This document shows, one piece after another, positions 19,136-28,276 of a DNA stretch of 64,000 bases (positions are counted from its first letter, which is position 1; every line of letters begins with the position of its first letter). The position numbers and the translations under genes are program-made. This stretch comes from Candidatus Pacearchaeota archaeon. GTDB taxonomy: Archaea; Nanobdellota; Nanobdellia; Pacearchaeales; GW2011-AR1. The stretch spans positions 8,192-72,191 of the forward strand of contig JACOYL010000008.1 of the NCBI GenBank assembly GCA_016181895.1, read 5' to 3'. The notes under the pieces were generated by a model that was not told the origin of the DNA, ran no database searches, and worked only from the letters and a program-made list of their open reading frames with translations.

Positions 19136-20119
19136 TTATTTGTTTGTGTTATTCATCTCAATTATCATATCAAGAACCTCATCGGCAGAAATGCTTTTTA
19201 CAAGCTCTTCATCATATTCATCCATTTTCTCGGGAAAAAAATTGTAAAGCATCGGAGAAACAATTTTTTTCAAAAATTCATAAGATTCTACTTCGTTTGG
19301 GGATGTGCAAAAAAATAATCCTATAGTTGGTTTTTTCAAAGCCAATGAAATATGAAGCGAAAAACTGTCAGAACAAACCATAAAATTGCATCTATCAACC
19401 AAAGAAGCAAATTCCATAATTGAATTATTTGGGTTATTTGTTTTAATTCCAGTTTCTTTTCTTAATTCTTCAATTTCTTTGATTTCATTAGGACCTCCGA
19501 AGAGTATTATCTCAAAATCATTTGACATGGCTTTTTTCACGAACTCTTTCAAATTTTCTTTGTGCCAGACTTTTGAAGGCCATCTTGGACTTGCTCCAAG
19601 ATGTATTCCTATTATTTTTTCCGGATTTATTTGATTTTCTCTAAAAAATATTTTGGCGTATTTTACATCCTTGTCTGATAAAAAAACAGGATGATGCTGT
19701 TTTTTATAGGACAATTCCGCGGTCATGAACATCATTTCCTGATAGGTTTTTTTGTTTGTTTTTTTTGTTTCATCATCAAACAAGGTATTCAGATAATATT
19801 CTGCTCCAATATTAAAAGCCAAGACAAATCCGTTGTCAGAATAAAAGCCATATTTTTGCCCTGCTTGAAGTTTTTTTGCCAAAGAAGTTGCTTCGTCATC
19901 AATATCAAAATTGTACAAAATGTCAAAAAATTCAGTAATATCGTCAGGAAGCGTATAAATTTTTCTGACATATGGGCTTGAATTGATTATTTCCGACGAT
20001 TCTTTTTTCGTAATCCATGAAATTTCAGAATCAGGATATTTCTCTTTTATGCCAATTAGGATGGGCAAAGTCCTGACAACATCCCCAAATGCACCAAGTT
20101 TTATGATGCAAATTTTCAT
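19136..20119 (-). CDS. GT9 (ADP-heptose:LPS heptosyltransferase-like) glycosyltransferase
   Basis: KLGAFGDVVRT, PSKVW, SDSFSLHIS..LKKPTIGLF. Confidence 0.88.
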   Translation of the reverse strand: MKICIIKLGAFGDVVRTLPILIGIKEKYPDSEISWITKKESSEIINSSPYVRKIYTLPDDITEFFDILYNFDIDDEATSLAKKLQAGQKYGFYSDNGFVLAFNIGAEYYLNTLFDDETKKTNKKTYQEMMFMTAELSYKKQHHPVFLSDKDVKYAKIFFRENQINPEKIIGIHLGASPRWPSKVWHKENLKEFVKKAMSNDFEIILFGGPNEIKEIEELRKETGIKTNNPNNSIMEFASLVDRCNFMVCSDSFSLHISLALKKPTIGLFFCTSPNEVESYEFLKKIVSPMLYNFFPEKMDEYDEELVKSISADEVLDMIIEMNNTNK

Positions 20120-20155
20120 AGTTAAATTTAAAATAGGGATGCTTTTTTAAGGATT

Positions 20156-20614
20156 ATGAATAGAAAAGCGATTACGCATACGCATCGCGAAACATTGAAT
20201 AGAAAAACCAAAAAAGTTTATATTGCCGGAAAAATAGGTACCGACAGTGAAAGGGAAATGCTTGAAAAAATCGACTTGTTGTGCAAAGAACTCGGATTTG
20301 AAACGTTTCTTCCCCATAGGGACGTAGGGATTGCCCAAAGTATAGAAGATGTCAAAAAAATTTTTGAAGGAGACATAAACAATGGGTTAAAAAATACGGA
20401 CTTGATCATTGCAATTCTTGATGGTTTGTATGTTGGTGCTGGAACCGCCTGGGAACTTGGATATGCCTACGCCAAAGGAATTCCCGCAATAGGATTGAAA
20501 ACAGACGAATCTGTTGAAGAAGCTCTTGAGCAATTGAGCTCAATTCTCATAGGTTCCATGCCAATAGTAAAATCCGCGGATGAACTTAGAGAAAAAATTG
20601 AGAAACTCTTTTAA
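20156..20614 (+). CDS. Nucleoside 2-deoxyribosyltransferase-family protein
   Basis: VYIAG, FLPHRD, IFEGD, GTAWELGYAYA. Confidence 0.88.
   Translation: MNRKAITHTHRETLNRKTKKVYIAGKIGTDSEREMLEKIDLLCKELGFETFLPHRDVGIAQSIEDVKKIFEGDINNGLKNTDLIIAILDGLYVGAGTAWELGYAYAKGIPAIGLKTDESVEEALEQLSSILIGSMPIVKSADELREKIEKLF
20157..20206 (+). repeat. 28-nt GC-rich hairpin insert between 11-bp direct repeats (TGAATAGAAAA), in frame
   Basis: DR at 20157-20167 and 20196-20206; insert GCGATTACGCATACGCATCGCGAAACAT. Confidence 0.65.
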
Positions 20615-21516
20615 TCAAGCGGTTTGGTTGAAGGAGTTTCAATTTCCCTCCATCCATCTTTATATGATTTTTTTTGTTTTATTTCTTGGAATGCTTTCAG
20701 ATAAATGTAAAGTCTGGCAAAATAAAGATGCAAAAGCCAGTAAAATTCCAAGACATTTCGTGGATGCATCAAACTGAAAAAAAGCCCTTCCTTTATTTCA
20801 TTGAAAAATGATTTTGTCCGCGGCATGTCTGGAAAAAGTTCACCGAGATTCTCATGTCCTTTTATGTTTCTTATTTTTTGGTTTTTCCAATCTTTCCAAT
20901 TAAAGGGATTTTTTACATATACTTCTACATTATCTGCATAAAAAATTTTATAGCCTTTTTTCCAAAAAAGATAAGATATGACTGAATCCTCGCAAGCCCC
21001 CAACGGAAAATCCATTATTACTCCGTTGCGAACTGCAAATAAATAACCAGAGCACTCAAAAAATTGTCCTTTTTGATTATATTTTTTTCTTACATTGTGA
21101 ATTCCATCAAACAACAAATGTGACCAATAACCGTATTTTGTACTTCTAGAATCTACAGATACCGGCTTGCCGGTTACGCAACCAACTTCTTGTTTTTTAA
21201 ATGCCTTAAAAAATTCAGAAACGGCATTTTCAGAAACATAAACATCTCCGTCGCTTAGAATTATTATATCGTTTTTATTTTTGGAATAAATTTCCTGGAA
21301 AAGAATATTTAAGGCATAACTTTTCCCTTCTCCGGGATCCAAGAAGAAACCCACTCTCTTGTCATTTATTTCCTTTCTCAAAAATTCTTCTGTTTCCGGA
21401 AACGGATCAACAACAATTATTTTAAAATCCTCTTTTATTTTTTGATTTAAAAAAGATTTTACGGCCCTTAGAGTCGCTTTAGGTTCATTAAAAGAAGTAA
21501 TAATTATGTGTATCAT
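20611..21516 (-). CDS. GT2 glycosyltransferase
   Basis: IIITSFNE, GKSYALN, ILSDGD, SGYLFA, ED, QKIR. Confidence 0.88.
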   Translation of the reverse strand: MIHIIITSFNEPKATLRAVKSFLNQKIKEDFKIIVVDPFPETEEFLRKEINDKRVGFFLDPGEGKSYALNILFQEIYSKNKNDIIILSDGDVYVSENAVSEFFKAFKKQEVGCVTGKPVSVDSRSTKYGYWSHLLFDGIHNVRKKYNQKGQFFECSGYLFAVRNGVIMDFPLGACEDSVISYLFWKKGYKIFYADNVEVYVKNPFNWKDWKNQKIRNIKGHENLGELFPDMPRTKSFFNEIKEGLFFSLMHPRNVLEFYWLLHLYFARLYIYLKAFQEIKQKKSYKDGWREIETPSTKPLD

Positions 21517-21517
21517 T

Positions 21518-21712
21518 TTATTCCAATTCAAACGGATAATCTTCTGGGCGTATAAGAACTATTTTTTCGCCCGTTTCCTCGGAAGCAACTATCCTTACTT
21601 TTCTTTTCCCCTGTTTTCCTATGTCTGAAATCTCAAACTCAGTTATCAAAAAAGATTTGCCGGCAATTTTTATCTTCTCGCCTTTTTTCAAATCTTTTGC
21701 CTGTTTCTTCAT
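21518..21712 (-). CDS. Stand-alone aIF5A/EF-P N-terminal (KOW/SH3) domain protein, 64 aa
   Basis: AKDLKKGEKIKIAG...SDIGKQGKRKVRIVA parallels the aIF5A SKTGKHGxAKxRI loop; no OB domain. Confidence 0.7.
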   Translation of the reverse strand: MKKQAKDLKKGEKIKIAGKSFLITEFEISDIGKQGKRKVRIVASEETGEKIVLIRPEDYPFELE

Positions 21713-21762
21713 ACTCGTATTTGAGTGGTTAGACTTATAAAGATTATCAAACGAGATTGCAT

Positions 21763-22485
21763 ATGAAAAACGCGATGATTCTTTGTTCAGGAGGAATTGA
21801 CAGCATCACGACGGCGCATTACGTCAAAAAAAGGCTGAAGTACGATAAAATTCTTATTCTTTTTTTTAACTACGGGCAGAAATCGCTGCACATGGAAAGG
21901 AAATTTTCAAAGAAATGCGCCAAAATAATAAATGCGGAATTTGTTGAAATAAAATTAAAATGGTTAAATGAAATTTCAAATTCATTAATCAACAAGATTG
22001 GAAAAGTCAAAAAAATAAACAGAAAAGATCTGAGGAACACCAAAAAAGAATCTGAAAAATTTTATGTTCCATGCAGGAACACGATATTTTTAATTCATGC
22101 TTTGGCTTTGGCAGAATCAAAATTTATCAAAGAAAAAAGAAAATTTGATATTTTTGTCGGATTTAAGAATGAGGGAAAAGAAAGTTATCCAGATACAACA
22201 AAAGAATTTGTAAAACAAATAAATAAGCTTTCTAAAATTTCTTGTCAAAAAAAATTCAAAATAATCGCACCGCTTATAGAAAAAGATAAGGAGGATATAA
22301 TTGTTCTTGGAAAAAAACTGGGGGTTGATTTTAAAGACACGTTCAGTTGTTACATAGGAAAAAAAGAACATTGTGGTTATTGTCTTTCATGTAGATTAAG
22401 GCAGGAGGGATTTTATTGGGCAAACTTGAAAGATCCAACCAGGTACAAAATTAAAATGAAGGATTTCAGATCTGCAAAAAAATAA
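21763..22485 (+). CDS. queC: 7-cyano-7-deazaguanine synthase QueC
   Basis: SGGIDS, YGQ, YVPCRN, YPD, SCY..CGYCLSC..R. Confidence 0.88.
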   Translation: MKNAMILCSGGIDSITTAHYVKKRLKYDKILILFFNYGQKSLHMERKFSKKCAKIINAEFVEIKLKWLNEISNSLINKIGKVKKINRKDLRNTKKESEKFYVPCRNTIFLIHALALAESKFIKEKRKFDIFVGFKNEGKESYPDTTKEFVKQINKLSKISCQKKFKIIAPLIEKDKEDIIVLGKKLGVDFKDTFSCYIGKKEHCGYCLSCRLRQEGFYWANLKDPTRYKIKMKDFRSAKK

Positions 22486-24033
22486 TTATGCCTTATACCT
22501 TACTTTGTCATACCAAACTTTGAAAGAAACAGGCATTGAGCGATAAACCGGCTTGACGAGTTTTTCCCTTACATCATCCATAACATCAACAACTTCTCCG
22601 ACGATGTATGTCGGCTTTTCATTTTTCACGTTGTATTCAACAATTTTTTGCCTTGTCAAGTAATTAACAAAAGATGCAGGAAGCATCCCATATCTTCTGT
22701 TTGTGCAAGGGCCGCGCATCATGTTCAAAACCAAATTCAAGTACGGATTTTTTTTCTTTAACTTGATATGCTTCCATCTGTCCCAATAGTTAAGATTGCT
22801 GGCAACATCATTGTAAGTTTGAATGTATCCATCTTCAAGCGCTTTTTTGTAAAGAGGGGTTCCTTCAAAGAAAATCAAGTTGTTGACGCTTAGATAATAA
22901 GGTTTTGGTATCTTCTGCAAAAGCCTTATTGTTGCAAGAATGTCTTCATTTGTTTCATAAGGATTGCAGGAAATTATATCGTACATAACGGTAAGCTTGT
23001 CCTTGTATTTGTTCAGAATTTGAGCGCATTTCAAAACCTGTTCGGCAGTTATGAACCGGTTATAAACTTCTTTGTTCAGCCTGTCACTTCCGCTTTGTAT
23101 CCCTATAATTATATCCGTACAACCTGCTTCCACTAAAAGCCGGATTTTTTCATCGCTTAAATCGCCAAAAGCCATTGTTGCGGGTTCTGCAAGGCATTTG
23201 AATCTTATTCCAATTTCCTCTTTGTATTTCTTTGAGAATTCCCTTAACCAATCCAATTTTCTTACAGTTATTGTTTCATCTCTTATATCAAAAACTTTTA
23301 TTGAAGGGAATTTGTTTTTCAGCCTTTTGAATTCCTCGATGACGTAATAAACGCTGTGTGTTCTCAGCAAATCCCCCTTGCCTTTGTACAACGCCCTCAA
23401 AATATTGTTTGTGCAATAAGAGCACGCCTGGGGGCAACCGCGCTCTGTTTGGAAGAAAATCATTCCTGAAAGATGCCTTTCTTCAAAAGGAATTAGTTTG
23501 CCATTTTCCAAAATCAATTGGTCTTCTATCTCATAATCTGGGTGCGCCAAAACATCAAGATTGTTTGCAGGAGCCCTCACGGGATTTTTATATTCTTTAC
23601 CATCTTTTCTTATCCATAAATTCAAAATCTTTGTCAAGTCTTCCATTTTGCTCATTTTGTTTGCAATTTCAATTATTGTTTCCTCTGCTTCACCGACAAC
23701 AATCATGTCCCCTATTTCAAAGCATTTTTCTGGAAAAAAAGTTGCATGAGGACCGCCCCAAAGAACAGGAACGTTTTTTTTCTGGAACAAATCAATAAGT
23801 TGTTTCGCCCTCCCCGTTGTGCTTTCCATGGAACCTATTCCGACAAGTCCGCTGTCTTTTGCCTTTTCCATTATTTGAGCAAGCTCGGATTCAGAATACT
23901 TTCTGGTGTAATCTTCGGCCAAAGGCAGAAAAATCAATAAAACCTCGTGTCCTTCCCTTTCCAAGCACGCCGAGAGCGTTCTCAGTCCTTGGTCGGAAGG
24001 AAAAGTGGACGTGGAAATTAAAGTCACCTTCAT
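22486..24033 (-). CDS. B12-binding-domain radical SAM protein
   Basis: GGPHAT, GEAE, RGCPQACSYC, GIQSGS, FEGTPLY. Confidence 0.9.
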   Translation of the reverse strand: MKVTLISTSTFPSDQGLRTLSACLEREGHEVLLIFLPLAEDYTRKYSESELAQIMEKAKDSGLVGIGSMESTTGRAKQLIDLFQKKNVPVLWGGPHATFFPEKCFEIGDMIVVGEAEETIIEIANKMSKMEDLTKILNLWIRKDGKEYKNPVRAPANNLDVLAHPDYEIEDQLILENGKLIPFEERHLSGMIFFQTERGCPQACSYCTNNILRALYKGKGDLLRTHSVYYVIEEFKRLKNKFPSIKVFDIRDETITVRKLDWLREFSKKYKEEIGIRFKCLAEPATMAFGDLSDEKIRLLVEAGCTDIIIGIQSGSDRLNKEVYNRFITAEQVLKCAQILNKYKDKLTVMYDIISCNPYETNEDILATIRLLQKIPKPYYLSVNNLIFFEGTPLYKKALEDGYIQTYNDVASNLNYWDRWKHIKLKKKNPYLNLVLNMMRGPCTNRRYGMLPASFVNYLTRQKIVEYNVKNEKPTYIVGEVVDVMDDVREKLVKPVYRSMPVSFKVWYDKVRYKA

Positions 24034-24071
24034 CACTTATGTAAAAAATTAAAGTTTATAAGTATTATGAA

Positions 24072-25220
24072 TTATTTCAGCAGATTGTAATACTCCGCCA
24101 TATATCTCTTGTAAATCAAATCCCAGTCGTAATTTTTGGATTTTTTAATGTTGTTTTCGGAGATTTTTTTACTTAAAACAGAATCATTTAATATTTTTAA
24201 AATTGTTCCCCCCATTTTTTCAATATCCCCATACTCCACAAAAAAACCGTTTTCAGGTTCTGTCATTTCGTAAGGAATTCCGTTTACAGGAGAGGCAACA
24301 ATAGGAAGACCAGAAGCCATTGCCTCAAATAAAGTCAATGGCAAACCTTCTCTGTAACTTGGAATAACATAAACATCTGCAGATTGGTACATTTCGGCGA
24401 CATTTTCCTTTCCCCTTATCGGGCCAAAGTAATACATATTGTTATAAGGCATTATCATTTCCTGCACCTTTGAAGCCATTCCTTCATCAGGACCAATCCA
24501 AACAAATGCAATATCTTTTGCTTTTCCTGTTTTTGTAAGATTTATTGCGGTTTCCGCGAGTTTTTCAGGACCCTTTGTCGGATTCAATCTCCCGAAAAAT
24601 AAAACTATTTTTTGCTCTTTTATTTTATACTTTTGTTTGAATTTGTTTTTCTCTATTTTTCTGAACAAAATCTTGTCTGTTCCGTTTGGAATAACTTTTA
24701 TTTTTTGCTCATTTGAAAATTTATTTAAAATTTCCAGTTCCCAAGGTGTTATTGCAATTATCTTATCGATAAATTTGAAAGAAAATTTATTCAGAAATAA
24801 ATCATTGAGGAATATAAACGGTCTCAACATTTTGGGCCTGAAAGAAGCGTCTGCCCAAGAACAATGAGTTGTATGAATATGCTTGAATTTTTTTATTCTT
24901 GACAAGATTCCAATTATTAAAATGTACGCATGTCCTGAAACGTGGCTGTGAACTATATCAAAGTCTCCTTTAAATTTCCATAGCAAAGAGGGCCATATGA
25001 ATGTGCTTAAAGAAAGCCTGAACCAATAAGGAAGACGATGAATGTGAACGCCGTCAATTTTTTCCTCCTTTATCTTTATTCTGTTATTTTTGTCGGAATC
25101 GCAACAAAAAACATGAACCTCGTGTCCTTCAGAAACCTGCCTTTTTGCAAGTTCATACATCACCTGTTCAACACCTCCAAATGTCGGAAGATAAAACATA
25201 TTCACATGAGCTATTTTCAT
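24072..25220 (-). CDS. GT4 glycosyltransferase (alternative start 25235)
   Basis: GGVE, IPNG, FFGRL..KG, EGLPLTLFEAMASG. Confidence 0.92.
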   Translation of the reverse strand: MKIAHVNMFYLPTFGGVEQVMYELAKRQVSEGHEVHVFCCDSDKNNRIKIKEEKIDGVHIHRLPYWFRLSLSTFIWPSLLWKFKGDFDIVHSHVSGHAYILIIGILSRIKKFKHIHTTHCSWADASFRPKMLRPFIFLNDLFLNKFSFKFIDKIIAITPWELEILNKFSNEQKIKVIPNGTDKILFRKIEKNKFKQKYKIKEQKIVLFFGRLNPTKGPEKLAETAINLTKTGKAKDIAFVWIGPDEGMASKVQEMIMPYNNMYYFGPIRGKENVAEMYQSADVYVIPSYREGLPLTLFEAMASGLPIVASPVNGIPYEMTEPENGFFVEYGDIEKMGGTILKILNDSVLSKKISENNIKKSKNYDWDLIYKRYMAEYYNLLK

Positions 25221-25221
25221 T

Positions 25222-25389
25222 TCAAATTTTTCCATTGTTTATTTTTTTAGAATAAGTGCAAGTCTCAGGGCAACCAGATTCTTTGTAATAAAGACACCAT
25301 GTTCTTATTCTTCCCAGACTTTCATCACATATTCCTTGTCTGATTAGTTCCTTTACTTCCTCGTGAATTTTATCATCTAAATTGTTCAT
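25222..25389 (-). CDS. Small Cys-rich protein (55 aa), not in ORF track
   Basis: MNNLDDKIHEEVKELIRQGICDESLGRIRTWCLYYKESGCPETCTYSKKINNGKI; stop abuts GT4 start. Confidence 0.45.
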   Translation of the reverse strand: MNNLDDKIHEEVKELIRQGICDESLGRIRTWCLYYKESGCPETCTYSKKINNGKI

Positions 25390-25669
25390 TGTATATTATT
25401 TCTTTTATTTTCTCCGCAATCATTTCAGCTTTCTCGTTTTTCAATAAGGGATACATTGGAAGAGAAATTATCTCGGAAACAACTCTCTCTGTAATGGGAA
25501 GAATTGGAACATAAGTATTTTTTCTCGTTACCTCTTGAAGATGAACTGGCTTTGGATAGTGTATTCCAAGAAAAATCTTTTTTTCGCCCATTTCACGCCT
25601 TATTGCAATTTGTATAAAAAGATTGTGTAATCTCATTACATAGTATAAAGATATGGATTTACGCCGCAT
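25373..25669 (-). pseudogene. 3' remnant of a DegT/DnrJ/EryC1/StrS sugar aminotransferase
   Basis: GIHYPKPVHLQ and LPITERVVSEIISLPMYP are C-terminal DegT motifs; the PLP-binding portion is absent. Confidence 0.75.
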
Positions 25670-25709
25670 AAAACTTTTAAATTATTTCAAAAGTAATATT
25701 TTGTATAAA

Positions 25710-26708
25710 ATGAAGGTGCTAATAACGGGCGGCTGCGGATTTATCGGAAGCAATTTTATAAAGTACATTCTTACCGACAAGGAAATCGGTAATGAAATTG
25801 ATGTTGTCAATCTCGACAAAATAAGTTATGCTGGGAGCGGCAAAAATATAGAGTATATGAATCTTGCCGAGCACAAGAGATATAAATTTATAAAAGAAAA
25901 CATATGCGATAAAAATACCGTAAACAGCGTCATTTTGCGTGAAAAGCCGGATGTAATATTTAATTTTGCCGCGGAAAGCCATGTTGACAGAAGCATTCAA
26001 GATTCCGATGAATTTGAAAAAACAAACTTTGTCGGGGCATGCAATATATTCAAATCTGCATTGGAAAACGGCATAAAAAAAGTTATCCAAATTTCAACAG
26101 ACGAGGTTTACGGAAGCATAAATCAAGGAAGTTTCTCAGAAGAATCAAAGATAAATCCCACAAGCCCGTATTCGGCAAGCAAGGCGGCGGCAGACATCTA
26201 CGCGCTCGCATATTTTAAAACTCATGGGCTTCCGATTATTATAACAAGAAGCGCGAACAATTTTGGGCCTTATCAGTTCCCTGAAAAAATTCTGCCGCTG
26301 TTCATCACAAATTTAATCGACGGCAAAAAGGTTCCTTTGATGTGGTCTGAAGAAAATCCAGGATTAAATGTAAGGGATTGGCTTCATGTAAAAGACAATT
26401 GCAGGGCAATTTGGTTTGCCTCGCAAAAAGGAGAAGACGGAGAGATTTACAATATTCAAGGAGAGAATGAGAAAACAAATATTCATACGACATATGTGCT
26501 TTTAAAACATCTTGGATTAAACGAAGATATGATTGAAAAAATTCCGCACAGAAAAGCCCATGATTTCAGGTATTCTGTTTCCGGAGAAAAATTGAAAAAA
26601 CTCGGCTTCAAGCATTTGCACAATGATTTTGAAAACGAGATAAAAAAAACAATTGAATGGTACAAAGAAAATGCAAATTGGTGGAGGCCGTTAAAAAAAA
26701 ATCAATAA
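25710..26708 (+). CDS. rmlB: dTDP-glucose 4,6-dehydratase
   Basis: TGGCGFIGS, AAESHVDRSI, STDEVYG, YSASK, RDWLHV. Confidence 0.94.
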   Translation: MKVLITGGCGFIGSNFIKYILTDKEIGNEIDVVNLDKISYAGSGKNIEYMNLAEHKRYKFIKENICDKNTVNSVILREKPDVIFNFAAESHVDRSIQDSDEFEKTNFVGACNIFKSALENGIKKVIQISTDEVYGSINQGSFSEESKINPTSPYSASKAAADIYALAYFKTHGLPIIITRSANNFGPYQFPEKILPLFITNLIDGKKVPLMWSEENPGLNVRDWLHVKDNCRAIWFASQKGEDGEIYNIQGENEKTNIHTTYVLLKHLGLNEDMIEKIPHRKAHDFRYSVSGEKLKKLGFKHLHNDFENEIKKTIEWYKENANWWRPLKKNQ

Positions 26709-26756
26709 GATGAAATCAAATCCAAGATTTTCATTCATTTGTCAGAGGAGTGTCAA

Positions 26757-27638
26757 ATGAAGGGGGTAATTCTTGCGGGAGGAACGGGAAGCAGATTGAT
26801 GCCTTGCACAAAAGTAACAAACAAGCACTTGCTTCCCGTTTACAACAAGCCAATGATTTATCATCCGCTAAAAACACTTGCCGATGCGGGAATAAAAGAA
26901 ATATTGATTGTTTCAGGTCCAGGACACGCTGGACATTTTGTAAATCTCCTCGGTTCCGGAAGGGAGTTTGATATAAAACTTAGTTATGAAATTCAGGAAG
27001 AAGCAGGGGGAATTGCGCAGGCTTTGGGAATGGCTGAAAATTTTGTGGGAAACGATTCCGTCGCCGTGATTTTAGGCGACAATATATTCGAGGATAACAT
27101 AAAAGATTACATAGATGAATTTGAAAGGCAGAGTTCAGGGGCGAGGATTTTTCTCAAGGAAGTCGGTTTAAAGGCTGCAAAAAGATTCGGTGTTGCAATT
27201 GTCGACGGAAACAGAGTTGGTTACGTCGAGGAAAAGCCTCAAAGCCCAAGGTCAAATCTTGCCATGACTGGTTTGTATATGTTTGATTCGAAAATTTTTG
27301 AAATAATAAAAACACTGAAACCATCGGGAAGGGGGGAGTTGGAAATAACAGACGCCATTGATTATTATGTTAAAAGAGGAAATTGTCATTATAACATCAT
27401 CAAAGGATATTGGAGCGATGCAGGGACTTTTGAATCCCTGAACAGGGCGAGCAATCTTGCAAGAAAAAAAGAAGTGACAGAAGACGATTATTGGACCGAC
27501 ACTTATGATTTTGCCGAAACTTTCAAATTTCCTTCAAGGGAAGACGACCCTGAAACAGTCATTGAAAAACTTTCGCAACTTACAAAAAAACAGGCTGAAA
27601 TCCTGGATTATTTTTTACAAAAACAAAAGAAAGATTAA
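26757..27638 (+). CDS. rmlA: Glucose-1-phosphate thymidylyltransferase with extra C-terminal tail
   Basis: ILAGGTGSRL, KHLLPVY, LGDN, EEKP, RGELEITD, WSDAGT. Confidence 0.92.
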   Translation: MKGVILAGGTGSRLMPCTKVTNKHLLPVYNKPMIYHPLKTLADAGIKEILIVSGPGHAGHFVNLLGSGREFDIKLSYEIQEEAGGIAQALGMAENFVGNDSVAVILGDNIFEDNIKDYIDEFERQSSGARIFLKEVGLKAAKRFGVAIVDGNRVGYVEEKPQSPRSNLAMTGLYMFDSKIFEIIKTLKPSGRGELEITDAIDYYVKRGNCHYNIIKGYWSDAGTFESLNRASNLARKKEVTEDDYWTDTYDFAETFKFPSREDDPETVIEKLSQLTKKQAEILDYFLQKQKKD

Positions 27639-27676
27639 GGAAAAATATTTATAGGGGTTTTTACATAAAAATTTTC

Positions 27677-28261
27677 ATGGAAGGATGGAGAAAGAAACTG
27701 GAAGAATCAAAGTGGAAATCTTCTTATGAAGAAAATGACTATGGTTCTGTTTTTTACGGATTAGTTAGAGCACTAAAACCTAAATTAATTGTTGAATTAG
27801 GTACGAAAAATGGATATAGTGCTTTTCACATAGCAAGAGCTTTGAAAGAAAATGGATTTGGAAATATACATTGTTATGATTTATGGGAAAAATATCAATA
27901 TAGTTCATGTCCAATATCTATAGCAAAGGAAAATTTAAAGGAATTCATTAATTCGGGAGCAGCCATATTGAAACTAAAAGATGCGAAAGATGTTCATAGA
28001 GATTTTGATTCAGTTGATATTTTGCATGTTGATTTAAGCAATCATGGCGAAATACTTGAACAAATTATTCCTTACTGGCTGCCAAAAGTTAAATCTTTAA
28101 TAATCCTTGAGGGGGGATCTGAAGAAAGAGACAATATAGAATGGGTAAAAAAATACAACAAGCAACCAATAAGAAACTGGCTTAACAATAATAAAAATAA
28201 ATTCCGCTATATTGTACTGAAAAGTTTTCCTTCTTTGACTTTAATAGAACCCATAAAATAA
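27677..28261 (+). CDS. Class I O-methyltransferase-like (Methyltransf_24-type)
   Basis: VELGTKNGYS, CYDLW, DILHVD. Confidence 0.75.
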   Translation: MEGWRKKLEESKWKSSYEENDYGSVFYGLVRALKPKLIVELGTKNGYSAFHIARALKENGFGNIHCYDLWEKYQYSSCPISIAKENLKEFINSGAAILKLKDAKDVHRDFDSVDILHVDLSNHGEILEQIIPYWLPKVKSLIILEGGSEERDNIEWVKKYNKQPIRNWLNNNKNKFRYIVLKSFPSLTLIEPIK

Positions 28262-28276
28262 GTTTTTAGAGGTATC

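Noticed and set aside
20156-22485. Dpd-type 7-deazaguanine DNA-modification system (QueC plus deoxyribosyltransferase)
   Set aside because: No dpdA/tgt, queD, queE or folE is present and the two genes are not adjacent
25658-25668. TTTACGCCGCA resembling TTTACGTCGCA at 39961
   Set aside because: Only 11 nt with one mismatch and two copies; cannot be distinguished from chance
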